NCBI GenBank assembly: GCA_965223325.1
Contig: CBDCWI010000002.1
Span: 2,816,001 to 2,880,000, forward strand
Direction: 5' to 3'
Length of the DNA: 64,000 bases
Source: Candidatus Multivoradales bacterium
GTDB taxonomy: Bacteria > Acidobacteriota > Thermoanaerobaculia > Multivoradales > Multivoraceae
A program made the translations under genes and the position numbers. Positions 37,525 through 48,994 of the stretch are shown here, in pieces. Within the stretch, counting starts at the first letter, position 1. Every line of letters starts with the position of its first letter. The notes under the pieces were generated by a model, which made no database searches, was not told the DNA's origin, and saw only the letters and a list, made by a program, of their open reading frames with translations.

Positions 37525-38361
37525 GTGCCCTCTCGAGAAGCCTCGCTACGCTCCCCGAAGACTGAGGGCCGACCCACCTCCACGCGAATCGCTTGCGCGA
37601 TTCCCGCACGCTGGGGCTCACAGCGCCTGCCGGGCAAACCCCTCGCCGAGATCGACGGGCGCCCGATGATCGAGCACGTCTACCAACGCGTTGAGGAAGC
37701 GCAGCACATCGATGAGGTGATCGTGCTCACCGACGATCAACGCATCTTCGATGCCGTCCTGGCCTTTGGCGGGCGCGTGGAAATGACGCCGGCTGATTGT
37801 GCAAGCGGCACCGATCGCATCGCCTGGGCGGCGCGGAACTGGCAGGTCGATGCGGTGCTCAACGTGCAGGGTGATGAGCCACTGATCGACTCACGCGACG
37901 TTGCCAGAATCGCGGCGCACCTCTGCGACTACCCTGACGACGAGATGGTCACGCTGGCAACCGAGGTCGACCCGGAAGAACAGCGAGACCCAAACCGCGT
38001 CAAGGTGGTGTTCGACCGCAACAAGAAGGCGCTCTACTTCAGTCGCGCACCGATTCCCTGGCCCCACAGTTCAAAGGCCAGAAAGGGGGGCTCAACCAAC
38101 AAGGCCCCGACCGGAGAGAGGGTTGCAAAGGTCTACCGCCACGTGGGCATTTACGGATATCGTCTCGACACCCTCTTGCAGCTTGCCGCGCTCGCTCCCA
38201 CCCCACTCGAGGTGAGCGAAGCACTCGAGCAGCTACGGGCGCTCGAAAACGGCATCGGCATCCGTGTGCTCGAGGTCGAACACGCTCCGATCAGTGTCGA
38301 CACGGAAGACGACCTCGCTGTCGTCCGCGAGATTTTTTCTTCGAGCCTGGAACGGTGCTGA
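37525..38361 (+). CDS. kdsB: 3-deoxy-manno-octulosonate cytidylyltransferase
   Basis: IPARWGSQRLPGKPL, SGTDR, NVQGDEP, LYFSRAPIP, LEQLRAL. Confidence 0.95.
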   Translation: MPSREASLRSPKTEGRPTSTRIACAIPARWGSQRLPGKPLAEIDGRPMIEHVYQRVEEAQHIDEVIVLTDDQRIFDAVLAFGGRVEMTPADCASGTDRIAWAARNWQVDAVLNVQGDEPLIDSRDVARIAAHLCDYPDDEMVTLATEVDPEEQRDPNRVKVVFDRNKKALYFSRAPIPWPHSSKARKGGSTNKAPTGERVAKVYRHVGIYGYRLDTLLQLAALAPTPLEVSEALEQLRALENGIGIRVLEVEHAPISVDTEDDLAVVREIFSSSLERC

Positions 38362-38474
38362 CTGTGGCACCCGCCAGGCAATCGATTGTTGAGAGAGAGA
38401 CTGCGTTGTGTGCGCTGACATGCGACAACCCCGCAGGTAGTCGTAGAACCATTTGCCACACCAGGCAAAGCTGA

Positions 38475-40328
<1,854 letters not shown>

Positions 40329-40370
40329 GACCCCGTACAACGCCCAAGCCGACTCGGTGGGCATGACGAG

Positions 40371-41228
40371 ATGACCGACCACAACACCTCACCGAAGCCC
40401 TTCACCCTCGCACCGGGCATCGAACTCGGTGGCGATGGTGCTTTGCCCTGGGTGGCCGGGCCGTGTGTCATCGAAGCGGCCGAGTTCACCGTCGACGCCG
40501 CCAAACGCGTCGCGGCGATGGCGGAGCGGGTCGGCACGCCCGCCGTTTTCAAGTCGTCGTTCGATAAGGCCAACCGCAGTTCCATCGACAGCTTCCGTGG
40601 GCCCGGTCTCCTGGAGGGGCTGGAGATCTTGCGTGCGGCCGGCGAGGCCAGCGGGCTGCCGCTGCTTACCGACGTACATCAACCGGCGCAGTGCGGGCCA
40701 GTCGCCGAGGTCTGCGACGTCCTTCAGATCCCGGCTTTTCTCTGTCGCCAGACCGATTTGATCGTCGAGGCGGCGCGCACCGGCAAGCCGGTGTTGATCA
40801 AGAAGGGCCAGTTCATGGCGCCGCTCGACATGGTGCGGTCGGTCGACAAGGCGCGCAGCCAGGGCAACGAGCGCGTCGCAGTCACCGAGCGTGGAACGAC
40901 GTTTGGCTATCAGAACCTGGTCGTCGACATGCGTTCTTTCAAAATGCTGAGCGACAGAGGGATTTCGGTCGTCTACGACGTCACTCATTCCCTCCAGCTG
41001 CCCGGGGCGCACGCCGATCATTCTGGCGGTGACCGTCGTTTTGCCGAAACACTGGCCCGCGCGGCCATCGCCGCCGGCGCCGCTGGCCTCTATATCGAGT
41101 GCCACCCCGAACCCGAACAGGCGCTCTGCGATTCCGAAACCCAGCTGCCCATGGAGCGCGCCGAAGCGATCCTCCGTCGGGCGATCGAGGACCACTCGTC
41201 GATCGGCGGGCGGGGCCCCGGAGCCTGA
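40371..41228 (+). CDS. kdsA: KDO 8-phosphate synthase
   Basis: AGPCVIE, KSSFDKANRSS, QIPAFLCRQTD, KKGQF, ERGTTFGY. Confidence 0.96.
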   Translation: MTDHNTSPKPFTLAPGIELGGDGALPWVAGPCVIEAAEFTVDAAKRVAAMAERVGTPAVFKSSFDKANRSSIDSFRGPGLLEGLEILRAAGEASGLPLLTDVHQPAQCGPVAEVCDVLQIPAFLCRQTDLIVEAARTGKPVLIKKGQFMAPLDMVRSVDKARSQGNERVAVTERGTTFGYQNLVVDMRSFKMLSDRGISVVYDVTHSLQLPGAHADHSGGDRRFAETLARAAIAAGAAGLYIECHPEPEQALCDSETQLPMERAEAILRRAIEDHSSIGGRGPGA

Positions 41229-41271
41229 GTCCGAAGCCGCCGCCGGGCTGCTTTCGGCCATAATCGCAGCC

Positions 41272-41301
41272 ATGACCCGTTCTCCTGGAACTCTCCCGTG
41301 A
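41272..41301 (+). CDS. Candidate leaderless uORF (MTRSPGTLP) coupled to kdsD
   Basis: CATAAT 7 nt before ATG; its TGA overlaps the kdsD GTG (GTGA). Confidence 0.3.
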   Translation: MTRSPGTLP

Positions 41302-42266
41302 GCGACGCACGTCGTATCGCGCGCCAGGTGCTCGAACTCGAGGCCGCGGCGATCGAGGGTCTTCTCGACCAGCTCGATTCGTCCTTCGACGAGGCCGTTG
41401 CTCTCCTCGAGGGCTGCCAGGGCCGCATCGTTTGCTCGGGAATGGGGAAGAGCGGTCATGTCATGCGCAAGCTGGCCGCCACCTTCTCGTCAACCGGCAC
41501 CCCGGCCCTCTTCCTGCACCCGGCTGAAGCGATTCACGGTGACCTCGGCATGATCGTGCGTGGAGATGTGGTGCTGGCCGCATCGTTTTCAGGCTCGACC
41601 GAAGAGCTCCTGCGCATGCTGCCGTCACTTCAACGCAAGAAGGTTCCGTTGATCGCCATCACCGGCAACCCGAAGAGCCCGCTGGCTGAGAAGGCCAACG
41701 TTCACCTCGTAGCCGAGATCGACAAGGAAGCCTGCCCACTCAACCTCGCCCCCACCGCTTCGACGACCGCGACGTTGGCGCTCGGCGATGCTCTGGCGAT
41801 GACCCTCCTCGAGCGCCGCGGCTTCAGCACCGAAGACTTCGCCCATCTTCACCCCGGGGGGGCGCTCGGCCAGCGGTTGCTCGAAGCCTCCGAGATCATG
41901 CACGCCGGTGACGCAGTTCCGGTGGTCTCCGAAAAGGCTCGTCTGCAAGAAGCCATCGTCGAGATGTCGAGCAAGGGCTTGGGGGTTACCGCAGTGGTCG
42001 ACGAGAGGCAGCGCCTGGTTGGAGTGTTTTCAGACGGCGACCTCAGGCGGCTTCTCGAGAGCGACGAGACGCCGCTTGCCCGCGCGGTGGGTGAGGTCAT
42101 GACGCGCGGGCCCAAGACCGTCTCTCCCAACGAACGCCTCGAAGCGGTGCTCGAACTGCTCGAGACCCACCGCATTACCTCGCTGTTCGTATGCAACGAC
42201 GAAGGCCTTCTCGAAGGTGTGGTTCACATCCACGACCTGTGGCGCATCAGGCGGTCCGGCAAGTGA
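41298..42266 (+). CDS. kdsD: Arabinose-5-phosphate isomerase (KpsF/GutQ, SIS+CBS)
   Basis: GMGKSG, HPAEAIHGDLG, EACPLNLAPTAST, HPGGALG. Confidence 0.95.
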   Translation: MSDARRIARQVLELEAAAIEGLLDQLDSSFDEAVALLEGCQGRIVCSGMGKSGHVMRKLAATFSSTGTPALFLHPAEAIHGDLGMIVRGDVVLAASFSGSTEELLRMLPSLQRKKVPLIAITGNPKSPLAEKANVHLVAEIDKEACPLNLAPTASTTATLALGDALAMTLLERRGFSTEDFAHLHPGGALGQRLLEASEIMHAGDAVPVVSEKARLQEAIVEMSSKGLGVTAVVDERQRLVGVFSDGDLRRLLESDETPLARAVGEVMTRGPKTVSPNERLEAVLELLETHRITSLFVCNDEGLLEGVVHIHDLWRIRRSGK

Positions 42267-42847
42267 GCGACTCGTCCCCGGCAGCAGCCAGGCGCCGCCA
42301 GCGCGTCGGCGAGGTCGACCTCAGAAGCCGCGCCAGCGCCGTCCAATGGCTCGTCCTCGACGTCGACGGGGTGCTCTCCGAGAAGCTCTGGTACGACGCC
42401 GAGGGTCGCGAGTTCCTCAAGCCGTTTAGCGTCAAAGATGGTCTGGGTATTGTCGCCGCCAAGAAGTGCGATCTGGAGGTCGCGCTCCTCTCGGCGCGCA
42501 GCTCAGAGCCGCTTGCAGAGCGCGCCCGCGATCTCGGCATCACCGAAACGATGCTGGGCGAGAAACAGAAGCTGGCTGCTCTCGAGGCCTTCATGGCCGC
42601 TCGCGAGCTCGAGTGGGAGGCCATCGCGGCGATCGGCGACGACCTGCCGGACCTGCCGGTCCTCGAGCGCGCTGCCATCAGCTTCGCACCCGCCGACGCG
42701 GCGCGCGACGTGCGGGAGGTCGTCCACAGGGTGCTCGAATCGCGAGGCGGCCGCGGTGCGGTACGCGAGGCGATCGAATGGCTGCTGCGCGCCCGCGGGC
42801 AGTGGCAGGCGGTCGTCGACGGCTACCGCGAGCTCGACCCGAGTTAG
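42263..42847 (+). CDS. kdsC: KDO 8-phosphate phosphatase
   Basis: HAD DVDGVL, DGLGI, GDDLPD, GGRGAVRE. Confidence 0.92.
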   Translation: MSDSSPAAARRRQRVGEVDLRSRASAVQWLVLDVDGVLSEKLWYDAEGREFLKPFSVKDGLGIVAAKKCDLEVALLSARSSEPLAERARDLGITETMLGEKQKLAALEAFMAARELEWEAIAAIGDDLPDLPVLERAAISFAPADAARDVREVVHRVLESRGGRGAVREAIEWLLRARGQWQAVVDGYRELDPS

Positions 42848-42850
42848 CGA

Positions 42851-43645
42851 TCAGTCGCGCCCGCGGAGCCAGTTGGCGAAGGCGGCGGCGGCGACGCCCA
42901 GGAGATAGAGCAGGACACCCGGGACGGCGAAGATGCACAGCGTTCCAACGTCCGGCGTTGGCGTCAGGATCGCGGCGACGGTGAAGATGATCAACACGGC
43001 CCAGCGAAAGTGCCTCATCAAGAAGCGCGGGGTCACGATCCCGATCTGGGCCAGCATGAAGATCATGATCGGCATCTCGAACATCGCTCCCAGGCCGAGC
43101 AGAACCGTCATCAGGAACCGAAAATAGGTGTCCACCGTGATCACCGGTGTAAGGCCTTCCCCAATGCCGAGCAGGAACTCGACCGAGAACGGAAAAGCCA
43201 CCAGGTAGCCGAAAACGCCACCGCCGATGAAAAAGGCCGAACCCAGCAAGATGAACGGAATGGCGTAGAGCTTTTCGCGCCGATAGAGACCCGGCGCTAC
43301 AAAGCCCCAGACCTGCCCCATCAAGAACGGCGACATCAGAAAGACCGCCATCAGCATCGCCATCTTCATGTAGAAGAAGATCGGCGTCGTCACGCTCATG
43401 TAGTGCAGTTGCCCTGGTTCGCCATCCGGACCCGGGGGCAGATACGGAACGATCGGCCCAACGAGCACGTCAAAGATCCGCTCACGAAACGCCCAGCAGA
43501 GAACGAAGCCGACCCCCAGCGCGATCAGCGAGTAGAGAATGCGCTTGCGCAGCTCGTCGAGGTGCTCGAGCAGCGACATGCGCTCGAGTTCTTCCTCGTG
43601 GTCGTCGGCCATCGAGGATTCAGGTAGTGCTGCGGTGTCGCTCAT
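42851..43645 (-). CDS. tatC: Twin-arginine translocase TatC
   Basis: MSLLEHLDELRKR, FVAPGLY..E, FEMP, ILTPTPD. Confidence 0.95.
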   Translation of the reverse strand: MSDTAALPESSMADDHEEELERMSLLEHLDELRKRILYSLIALGVGFVLCWAFRERIFDVLVGPIVPYLPPGPDGEPGQLHYMSVTTPIFFYMKMAMLMAVFLMSPFLMGQVWGFVAPGLYRREKLYAIPFILLGSAFFIGGGVFGYLVAFPFSVEFLLGIGEGLTPVITVDTYFRFLMTVLLGLGAMFEMPIMIFMLAQIGIVTPRFLMRHFRWAVLIIFTVAAILTPTPDVGTLCIFAVPGVLLYLLGVAAAAFANWLRGRD

Positions 43646-43666
43646 GCCGATCAAGCGCTTCGAGCT

Positions 43667-43999
43667 CTAGTTCGCGTCCTGTGAAGCCGTCGGCTCTTCT
43701 TCGCCTTGCGCCGCCGCTTCGGTCTTCGACGAGGCATCGGCCAGCCGCTGGCGCTCTTCCTGGCGCACCCGCTCTTCGTCGAGATCGATCTCAGTCTGGA
43801 TGGTGCGCTTGAGGTCGTTCGAAGCCTTGCGGAACTCGGCCATGCCCTTGCCAATCGTCCGGCCGACCTCTGGCAGCTTGCGCGGACCGAAGATCAACAG
43901 CGCCAGCACCATGATCAGGATGAGTTCGGGCATGCCGAGCGGGCCGAGCACCAGGGCCACGGTCGGTGGGAGAACGGACACTGGCGCGACGGTGATCAT
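43667..43999 (-). CDS. tatA: Twin-arginine translocase TatA/TatB
   Basis: LGMPELILIMVLALLIFGPRKLPEVGRTIGKGMAEFRKA. Confidence 0.9.
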   Translation of the reverse strand: MITVAPVSVLPPTVALVLGPLGMPELILIMVLALLIFGPRKLPEVGRTIGKGMAEFRKASNDLKRTIQTEIDLDEERVRQEERQRLADASSKTEAAAQGEEEPTASQDAN

Positions 44000-44028
44000 C
44001 GCCCGGCGATCTCGAGTTGGAAGAGCAT
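43996..44028 (-). CDS. Candidate leaderless uORF (MLFQLEIAGR) coupled to tatA
   Basis: TAGGAT 6 nt before ATG; its TGA overlaps the tatA ATG (ATGA). Confidence 0.3.
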   Translation of the reverse strand: MLFQLEIAGR

Positions 44029-44174
44029 CGGCGTATCCTATGCCCTCGCGAGGGAGAACGGAGCCCAAGGCATCGGTGACTGGTCACTGCCTCTCGTTGT
44101 TGATGCCTTTTTCCGCCGCGTCCTTGGTCCCTGGGCCTTCCGACCGGCCTTCTTAAAATGCTAGGATTCTTCGG

Positions 44175-45770
44175 ATGCGACGACCTTGGCGATCCCTTGC
44201 AATCCTTCTCTTCTCCTGCACCCTGCTGGTCGCTGGGCTGCTTGGAGACGAGCTTCTGGCCCTCTCCGACGACGCTCGCGACCACCTGAAGGCGTACACC
44301 GAACTGATCTCGGTCGCCCACGAGCGCTATGGAGACGAGCTCACCTACAAAGATCTCATCTACTCCTCGATCAACGGGATGCTGCGCTCGCTCGACCCGC
44401 ACACCAGCTTCCTGCCGCGCGAGGCCTACGACAGCATGCGCGAGAAGCAGCAGAGCACCTTCTACGGGCTCGGCATCTACGTCGGCACGCGCAACGGCCA
44501 GCTCACCGTCATCACCCCCATTCCAGGCACGCCGGCCTCGGAGAAGGGCATGCGCGCCGGCGACGTCATCAGCGCCATCGACGGTCAACCGACCGACAAG
44601 ATGACTCAGGACGAGGCCATCGGTCACCTCAAGGGCCCCAAAGGCACCAGCGTCATGGTCACCCTGACGCGTCCCGGGCTCGATGAACCGCTCGATCTCG
44701 AGATCACCCGCGCCGAGATCCCCCAGACCACCGTCCAGTACACCTACATGCTCGACGAGGAGACTGGCTACATCTCCATCCGCGATTTCTCGCGCTCGAC
44801 CGGCAGTGAGGTCGCACGAGCGCTCGAGAAACTCCAGGGCGATGGCATGCAGCGCCTGATCCTCGACCTGCGCGGTAACGGAGGCGGCCTCCTCGACCAG
44901 GCCATCGAGGTCGCTGACCAGTTCGTTCCCGGCCAGTCCAAGATCGTCGAAACGCGCGGCCGGATCGAGAGTTCCTTCCAGTCGTTCTCGTCCTCGGGTC
45001 ACTACGAGGAGCTTGCCAGACCGCTCATCGTTCTGGTCAACAGCGGTTCGGCCTCCGCTTCTGAGATTCTCGCTGGCGCGATTCAGGACCACGACGTCGG
45101 TCTGGTGGTTGGCGAAGCAACCTGGGGCAAAGGCCTCGTGCAAACCGTCTACTCGCTGCCCTGGGGCAACGGTATTGCGCTTACCACGGCCCGCTACTAC
45201 ACGCCTGCTGGCCGCCTGATCCAACGCGACTACACGTCGTACTGGGACTACTACACCAATTGGGGTGAGGAAGACGAGGGCGGCGAGGAAGAGCGTGGCG
45301 AAACGTTCAACACGGATCTGGGCCGCGAGGTCTACGGTGGCGGCGGCATCGACCCGGACCATGAAGTCGAGCTCGAAGCACCCGATCCCTATCTGGGAAT
45401 CCTGCTGGGTCGCTCGGCGTTCTTCCGCTTTGCCGTCGATCTCAACTCGCACGGCCGCATCAAAGACGCCGCCTGGCGCCCTTCGGATGAAGACATGGCG
45501 GCGTTCCGCAAATGGCTCACCGAGCAGGACGATTTCGGCACCGCTGAAGAGATCGACGAGGCGTTCGCCAAACAGGAGTTCATCGACTACGCCCGCGCGC
45601 GCCTGCGCTACGAGGTGCTCAACACGTCGCTCGGCCTCGAAGCCGGGCATCGGGCGCTGGTCGAGGTCGACGACCAGATCCAGCGCGCGATCGAGCTCTT
45701 CCCCGAAGCTGCCTCGCTGCTTCAGAAGCGCCAGATGCTGGCGTCGTCGATCGATCAGTCCGACCGCTAG
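44175..45770 (+). CDS. ctpA: Carboxy-terminal processing protease (S41A)
   Basis: LDPH, PDZ GLGI, DLRGNGGG, SASASE, GKGLVQ. Confidence 0.92.
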   Translation: MRRPWRSLAILLFSCTLLVAGLLGDELLALSDDARDHLKAYTELISVAHERYGDELTYKDLIYSSINGMLRSLDPHTSFLPREAYDSMREKQQSTFYGLGIYVGTRNGQLTVITPIPGTPASEKGMRAGDVISAIDGQPTDKMTQDEAIGHLKGPKGTSVMVTLTRPGLDEPLDLEITRAEIPQTTVQYTYMLDEETGYISIRDFSRSTGSEVARALEKLQGDGMQRLILDLRGNGGGLLDQAIEVADQFVPGQSKIVETRGRIESSFQSFSSSGHYEELARPLIVLVNSGSASASEILAGAIQDHDVGLVVGEATWGKGLVQTVYSLPWGNGIALTTARYYTPAGRLIQRDYTSYWDYYTNWGEEDEGGEEERGETFNTDLGREVYGGGGIDPDHEVELEAPDPYLGILLGRSAFFRFAVDLNSHGRIKDAAWRPSDEDMAAFRKWLTEQDDFGTAEEIDEAFAKQEFIDYARARLRYEVLNTSLGLEAGHRALVEVDDQIQRAIELFPEAASLLQKRQMLASSIDQSDR

Positions 45771-45786
45771 CCGCACCCATGGAGCG

Positions 45787-46578
45787 TTAGCCAACCGCAC
45801 TCTCGCGTTCGTCGTGGAGTTCGCCCTGTGGCGGAAGCAGGTCGGGCGCCTTCACGGGGAAGCCGAGGACATCGGCGGCTTGATCACGGACGTGCTCACG
45901 CAGCCGCTTTCTCATGCGGCTGACGATCACCCCAACGCCGATCAGACTGAGCTCGGGAAAGACCATCCGGACCTCCCGGCACGTCCAGCCATCGAAAGCC
46001 GCGAGCTCGAACACCTCGGTGTTGCGTCTCATGAACTGGCCTGGCCAGGCATCCCGGCACGAGCGGCGAAGCCATACCCGCAGTTCACGACGATAGATTT
46101 CACGCTCCTGTAGGTCTCTTTCGGTGCCTTCAGGCTCGAGGTCGTCGGCCAAGCGAATCGACACAAAACGGACCCGACGCTTGAGCGCCCGGCGACGTCG
46201 CACGTGGTCGCGAACAACGCGCTCGAAGACGACCCGAAGGTAGGATCGTGCCTGTTCGTCAGTCTTGGAGTTGCACCGCTCGAGCACTCGACGGGCAAGG
46301 AGGACAACGACGAAGTCCTGGTAGACGTCGCGAAACAGCTCGCGTGAGGCGAGGAACTCGCGGCGACTCTCGATTCCCGTGCTCAGGTACCAGGGCTCGG
46401 CGAAACGCCGCAGCCGTCGGTCCAACTCAACCCAGGCCTGGGCACAGGGTCCAGCCGTTTTTCGACGGCGCCGGGAACTGCGACGACACGCAGTAATCAG
46501 ATCGAGCAGGCCTCGTGATGACCCGCCAGGGTAGACAACTTCCTCAACTGCTTCATCGTGCGTTTCTTCGGACTCCAT
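45787..46578 (-). CDS. Divergent ECF-sigma-like protein
   Basis: DVYQDF...YLRVVFERVVRDHVRR (region 2-like); VFEL..FDGWTCREV...IVSRMRKRL (region 4-like); RBS GAGGAG. Confidence 0.6.
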   Translation of the reverse strand: MESEETHDEAVEEVVYPGGSSRGLLDLITACRRSSRRRRKTAGPCAQAWVELDRRLRRFAEPWYLSTGIESRREFLASRELFRDVYQDFVVVLLARRVLERCNSKTDEQARSYLRVVFERVVRDHVRRRRALKRRVRFVSIRLADDLEPEGTERDLQEREIYRRELRVWLRRSCRDAWPGQFMRRNTEVFELAAFDGWTCREVRMVFPELSLIGVGVIVSRMRKRLREHVRDQAADVLGFPVKAPDLLPPQGELHDERESAVG

Positions 46579-46722
46579 TGCCGCTCTCCTCTTCGAGGGA
46601 GCGGAGGTCCGGCCAAACGGAACCGATGTTCTGCAGGGAACGGAAAAATAGCACATTCATGGACGACGGGAGCAACCGCCGAGAGGGCGCATGGGGCCGC
46701 ACGGCACCGTAGACTGGTTGGC

Positions 46723-48249
46723 ATGAAGCGATCAGAGCTCAGGGGAAGAGCCGACGTTTACGGCGTCGCCCTCTCCTTCGTTTCCTTCGCTCTCGCCCTC
46801 GGCCTGGTGGGCTGTAGCGAGCCCGAACCAGCCGTAGTGACCGCTCTAGAGGAGCCTCTCTCCGGCGCGGGTCAGGGTTTGAACATCTGGCTGCTGACGC
46901 TCGATACCGTTCGGGCCGACCGTATCGGCGCCTGGCAGCCCGGCCAACCCAGTCGAACGCCCGCCATCGACGCGCTCGTCTCTTCCGGCGTCCGCTTCGC
47001 CTCGGCTAGCGCTACCCGCGGCGAGACCTGGCCTTCGCTCGCCAGCGTTCTCACCGGGCAACTGCCCAGCGAGCATGGCCTGATCTACAACGGCTACGAG
47101 TTTCAGAACGATCAACCGACCCTGCCCCACCTGTTGGCGGCGCGCCACTACGACACGGCAGCCTTCCTGAGCAACATGTGTCAGGCCAACCACACCGGGT
47201 GGGAGACCTTCTCCTGCAGCGGAGGTTCCGACGGGCGACTCATCCGCTCGGTCGAGGAGTGGGTAGCGGAGCGCCAGCGATCGGAGAGCGAAGAGGACCA
47301 CTCACCGTTCCTGTTGTGGACCCACCTTTTTGCCGCCCACGGCCCGTACTACAACGGCGGTGATCTCGCGGCGCGCGAACTCGACCCCGAGTACGAGGGC
47401 GACTTGCGACCCAAGAAGGGAGTCCTCGATCGGATCATGGCAGAAGGCATCCCGCTCGACGAGGCCGACCTCACGCATCTAGATGCGATCTACGAAGCGG
47501 CAATGGTGGGTACCGACAACTCCGTTGGCCGCCTGGTGGAGACCCTGCGGGCAGCCGGCGAGCTCGAGCGCACACTGATCGTTCTTCTGGCCGACCACGG
47601 CGAGGACCTCTACGACCACAACGCCTACCTGTACCACTCCTGCTCGGTCTACGAGTCGACTCTCCGCGTCCCGCTGGCATTCGTCCTGCCGGCCGGAAGG
47701 CTCGCCGGGCGCACGGTCGAAACCCCGGTGAGCCTGGTTGACGTTCTCGCCACGACGCTCGACCTGCTGGGACTACCGCTCGCCGGTCCCGACGCGCACT
47801 CTCTCGTCCCTTGCATCGAGCGCCAGGACCACTGCCCGTCAAGAGACATCTTCACCGAGTACGGCGAGACCGACATCGCGACCTTGCGGCGTGAGCAGTA
47901 CAAACTGGTCGTCAACCCCGGCGGTGAACCGCCGGTCTGCGTGCCGAACGCTCCGGGCTTTCAATACCCGATCGCTCCGGTCGAGCTCTACGACCTCGTG
48001 AGCGATCCGGAAGAGCAGCGCAACCTCGCAGAGCGCAGTTCTCGGACGGACCACGCCGAACTCATCTCGGCAATGAAGGGTGAGATCGAGGGGCGGCTGG
48101 CTCGGCGCTCGACCCACGAGCAGCAGACCATCGACGACGACCTCCGTCGCCAACTGGAAGAACTCGGCTATGTCGTCGACGGCCCTGGAGAGGGCGGTTC
48201 CATGGGGGGAGAGCCTCCAGAACCTGAAGAGGCTGACGACGGAGGCTGA
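46723..48249 (+). CDS. Sulfatase/alkaline-phosphatase superfamily lipoprotein
   Basis: LDTVRAD, TWPSLASVLTG, ADHGE, ELYDL..DPEE, LEELGY; lipobox LVGC. Confidence 0.88.
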   Translation: MKRSELRGRADVYGVALSFVSFALALGLVGCSEPEPAVVTALEEPLSGAGQGLNIWLLTLDTVRADRIGAWQPGQPSRTPAIDALVSSGVRFASASATRGETWPSLASVLTGQLPSEHGLIYNGYEFQNDQPTLPHLLAARHYDTAAFLSNMCQANHTGWETFSCSGGSDGRLIRSVEEWVAERQRSESEEDHSPFLLWTHLFAAHGPYYNGGDLAARELDPEYEGDLRPKKGVLDRIMAEGIPLDEADLTHLDAIYEAAMVGTDNSVGRLVETLRAAGELERTLIVLLADHGEDLYDHNAYLYHSCSVYESTLRVPLAFVLPAGRLAGRTVETPVSLVDVLATTLDLLGLPLAGPDAHSLVPCIERQDHCPSRDIFTEYGETDIATLRREQYKLVVNPGGEPPVCVPNAPGFQYPIAPVELYDLVSDPEEQRNLAERSSRTDHAELISAMKGEIEGRLARRSTHEQQTIDDDLRRQLEELGYVVDGPGEGGSMGGEPPEPEEADDGG

Positions 48250-48282
48250 GGGTCAGCGGCCGTCTTCTGGGGCGAGCGGCCC

Positions 48283-48438
48283 CTACTTCATCTTCTCTTC
48301 GACGAACTCGACGTGCTTGCGCACCTTGGGGTCGTACTTCTTGAGCTTCAGCTTCTCGTTGCTGAGCTTTTTGTTCTTCGTCGTGGTGTAGAAGTACCCG
48401 GTACCGGCGCTGGACACCAACTTGATTTTGTCGCGCAT
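48283..48438 (-). CDS. rpmG: 50S ribosomal protein L33 (Cys-free type)
   Basis: [23 protein letters not shown]...[11 protein letters not shown]. Confidence 0.96.
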   Translation of the reverse strand: MRDKIKLVSSAGTGYFYTTTKNKKLSNEKLKLKKYDPKVRKHVEFVEEKMK

Positions 48439-48496
48439 GTCGTTTCTGCCTTTCAGGCAAGCGATTGGTTCGTGCTCGAACCGAAAAACTCTCGAG

Positions 48497-48573
48497 TGGC
48501 GGGGCCGACGGGACTCGAACCCGCGACCTCCGGCGTGACAGGCCGGCATTCTAACCAGCTGAACTACGACCCC
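48497..48573 (-). tRNA. tRNA-Asp(GTC)
   Basis: GGGGTCG...CTGTCAC...GGTTCGAGTCC...CGGCCCCGCCA. Confidence 0.97.
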
Positions 48574-48722
48574 GAACCTCGAAAACTTCAGCCGCTGAGA
48601 CCGGCTGTACTCTCGCTGGACTTCCCACGGTTCCTGACCCTCCGAGCCGGAACTGGCCGGCTTCGCCCCACGACCAACCGGTTCGCGGGAAGTCGATTGC
48701 TCCGGATGGAGAATCTCCTCGA

Positions 48723-48799
48723 TGGTGGGAGGTGTGGGACTCGAACCCGCGACCCCCTGCGTGTAAAGCAGGTGCTCTAACCAACTGAGCTAACCTCCC
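48723..48799 (-). tRNA. tRNA-Val(TAC)
   Basis: GGGAGGT...TTTACAC...GGTTCGAGTCC...ACCTCCCACCA. Confidence 0.97.
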
Positions 48800-48876
48800 T
48801 CACCGCAACCCGACCAACGTCGAAGTTCAGGCGAAGTTCAGGAGATGCGGGCTGAACCCTCTACGAGAGCCGCGAC

Positions 48877-48905
48877 ATCATACGAACGGCTCCCTCAGCT
48901 GTCAA
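48877..48905 (-). promoter_or_regulatory. Sigma-70 promoter of tRNA-Val/tRNA-Asp/rpmG
   Basis: TTGACA-17-TATGAT near consensus. Confidence 0.8.
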
Positions 48906-48994
48906 CGCACGGTAGACCCTCGCAACGCGCCCTGGTCAGCACCAGCCGGAGGGGACCATGGCGGGCCGGCAACTGCGGCATAATGCGGGCGATT

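Noticed and set aside
38365-38380. Sigma-54 promoter before pyrG (TGGCACCCGCCAGGCA)
   Set aside because: Poor -12 box (AGGC), no enhancer seen, and unlikely inside a housekeeping operon
43791-45800. Long antisense ORFs (also 5047..6588, 16769..18583, 3510..5132, 40389..41459, 52616..53530)
   Set aside because: Shadow frames of well-supported genes caused by high-GC codon bias; no recognisable motifs
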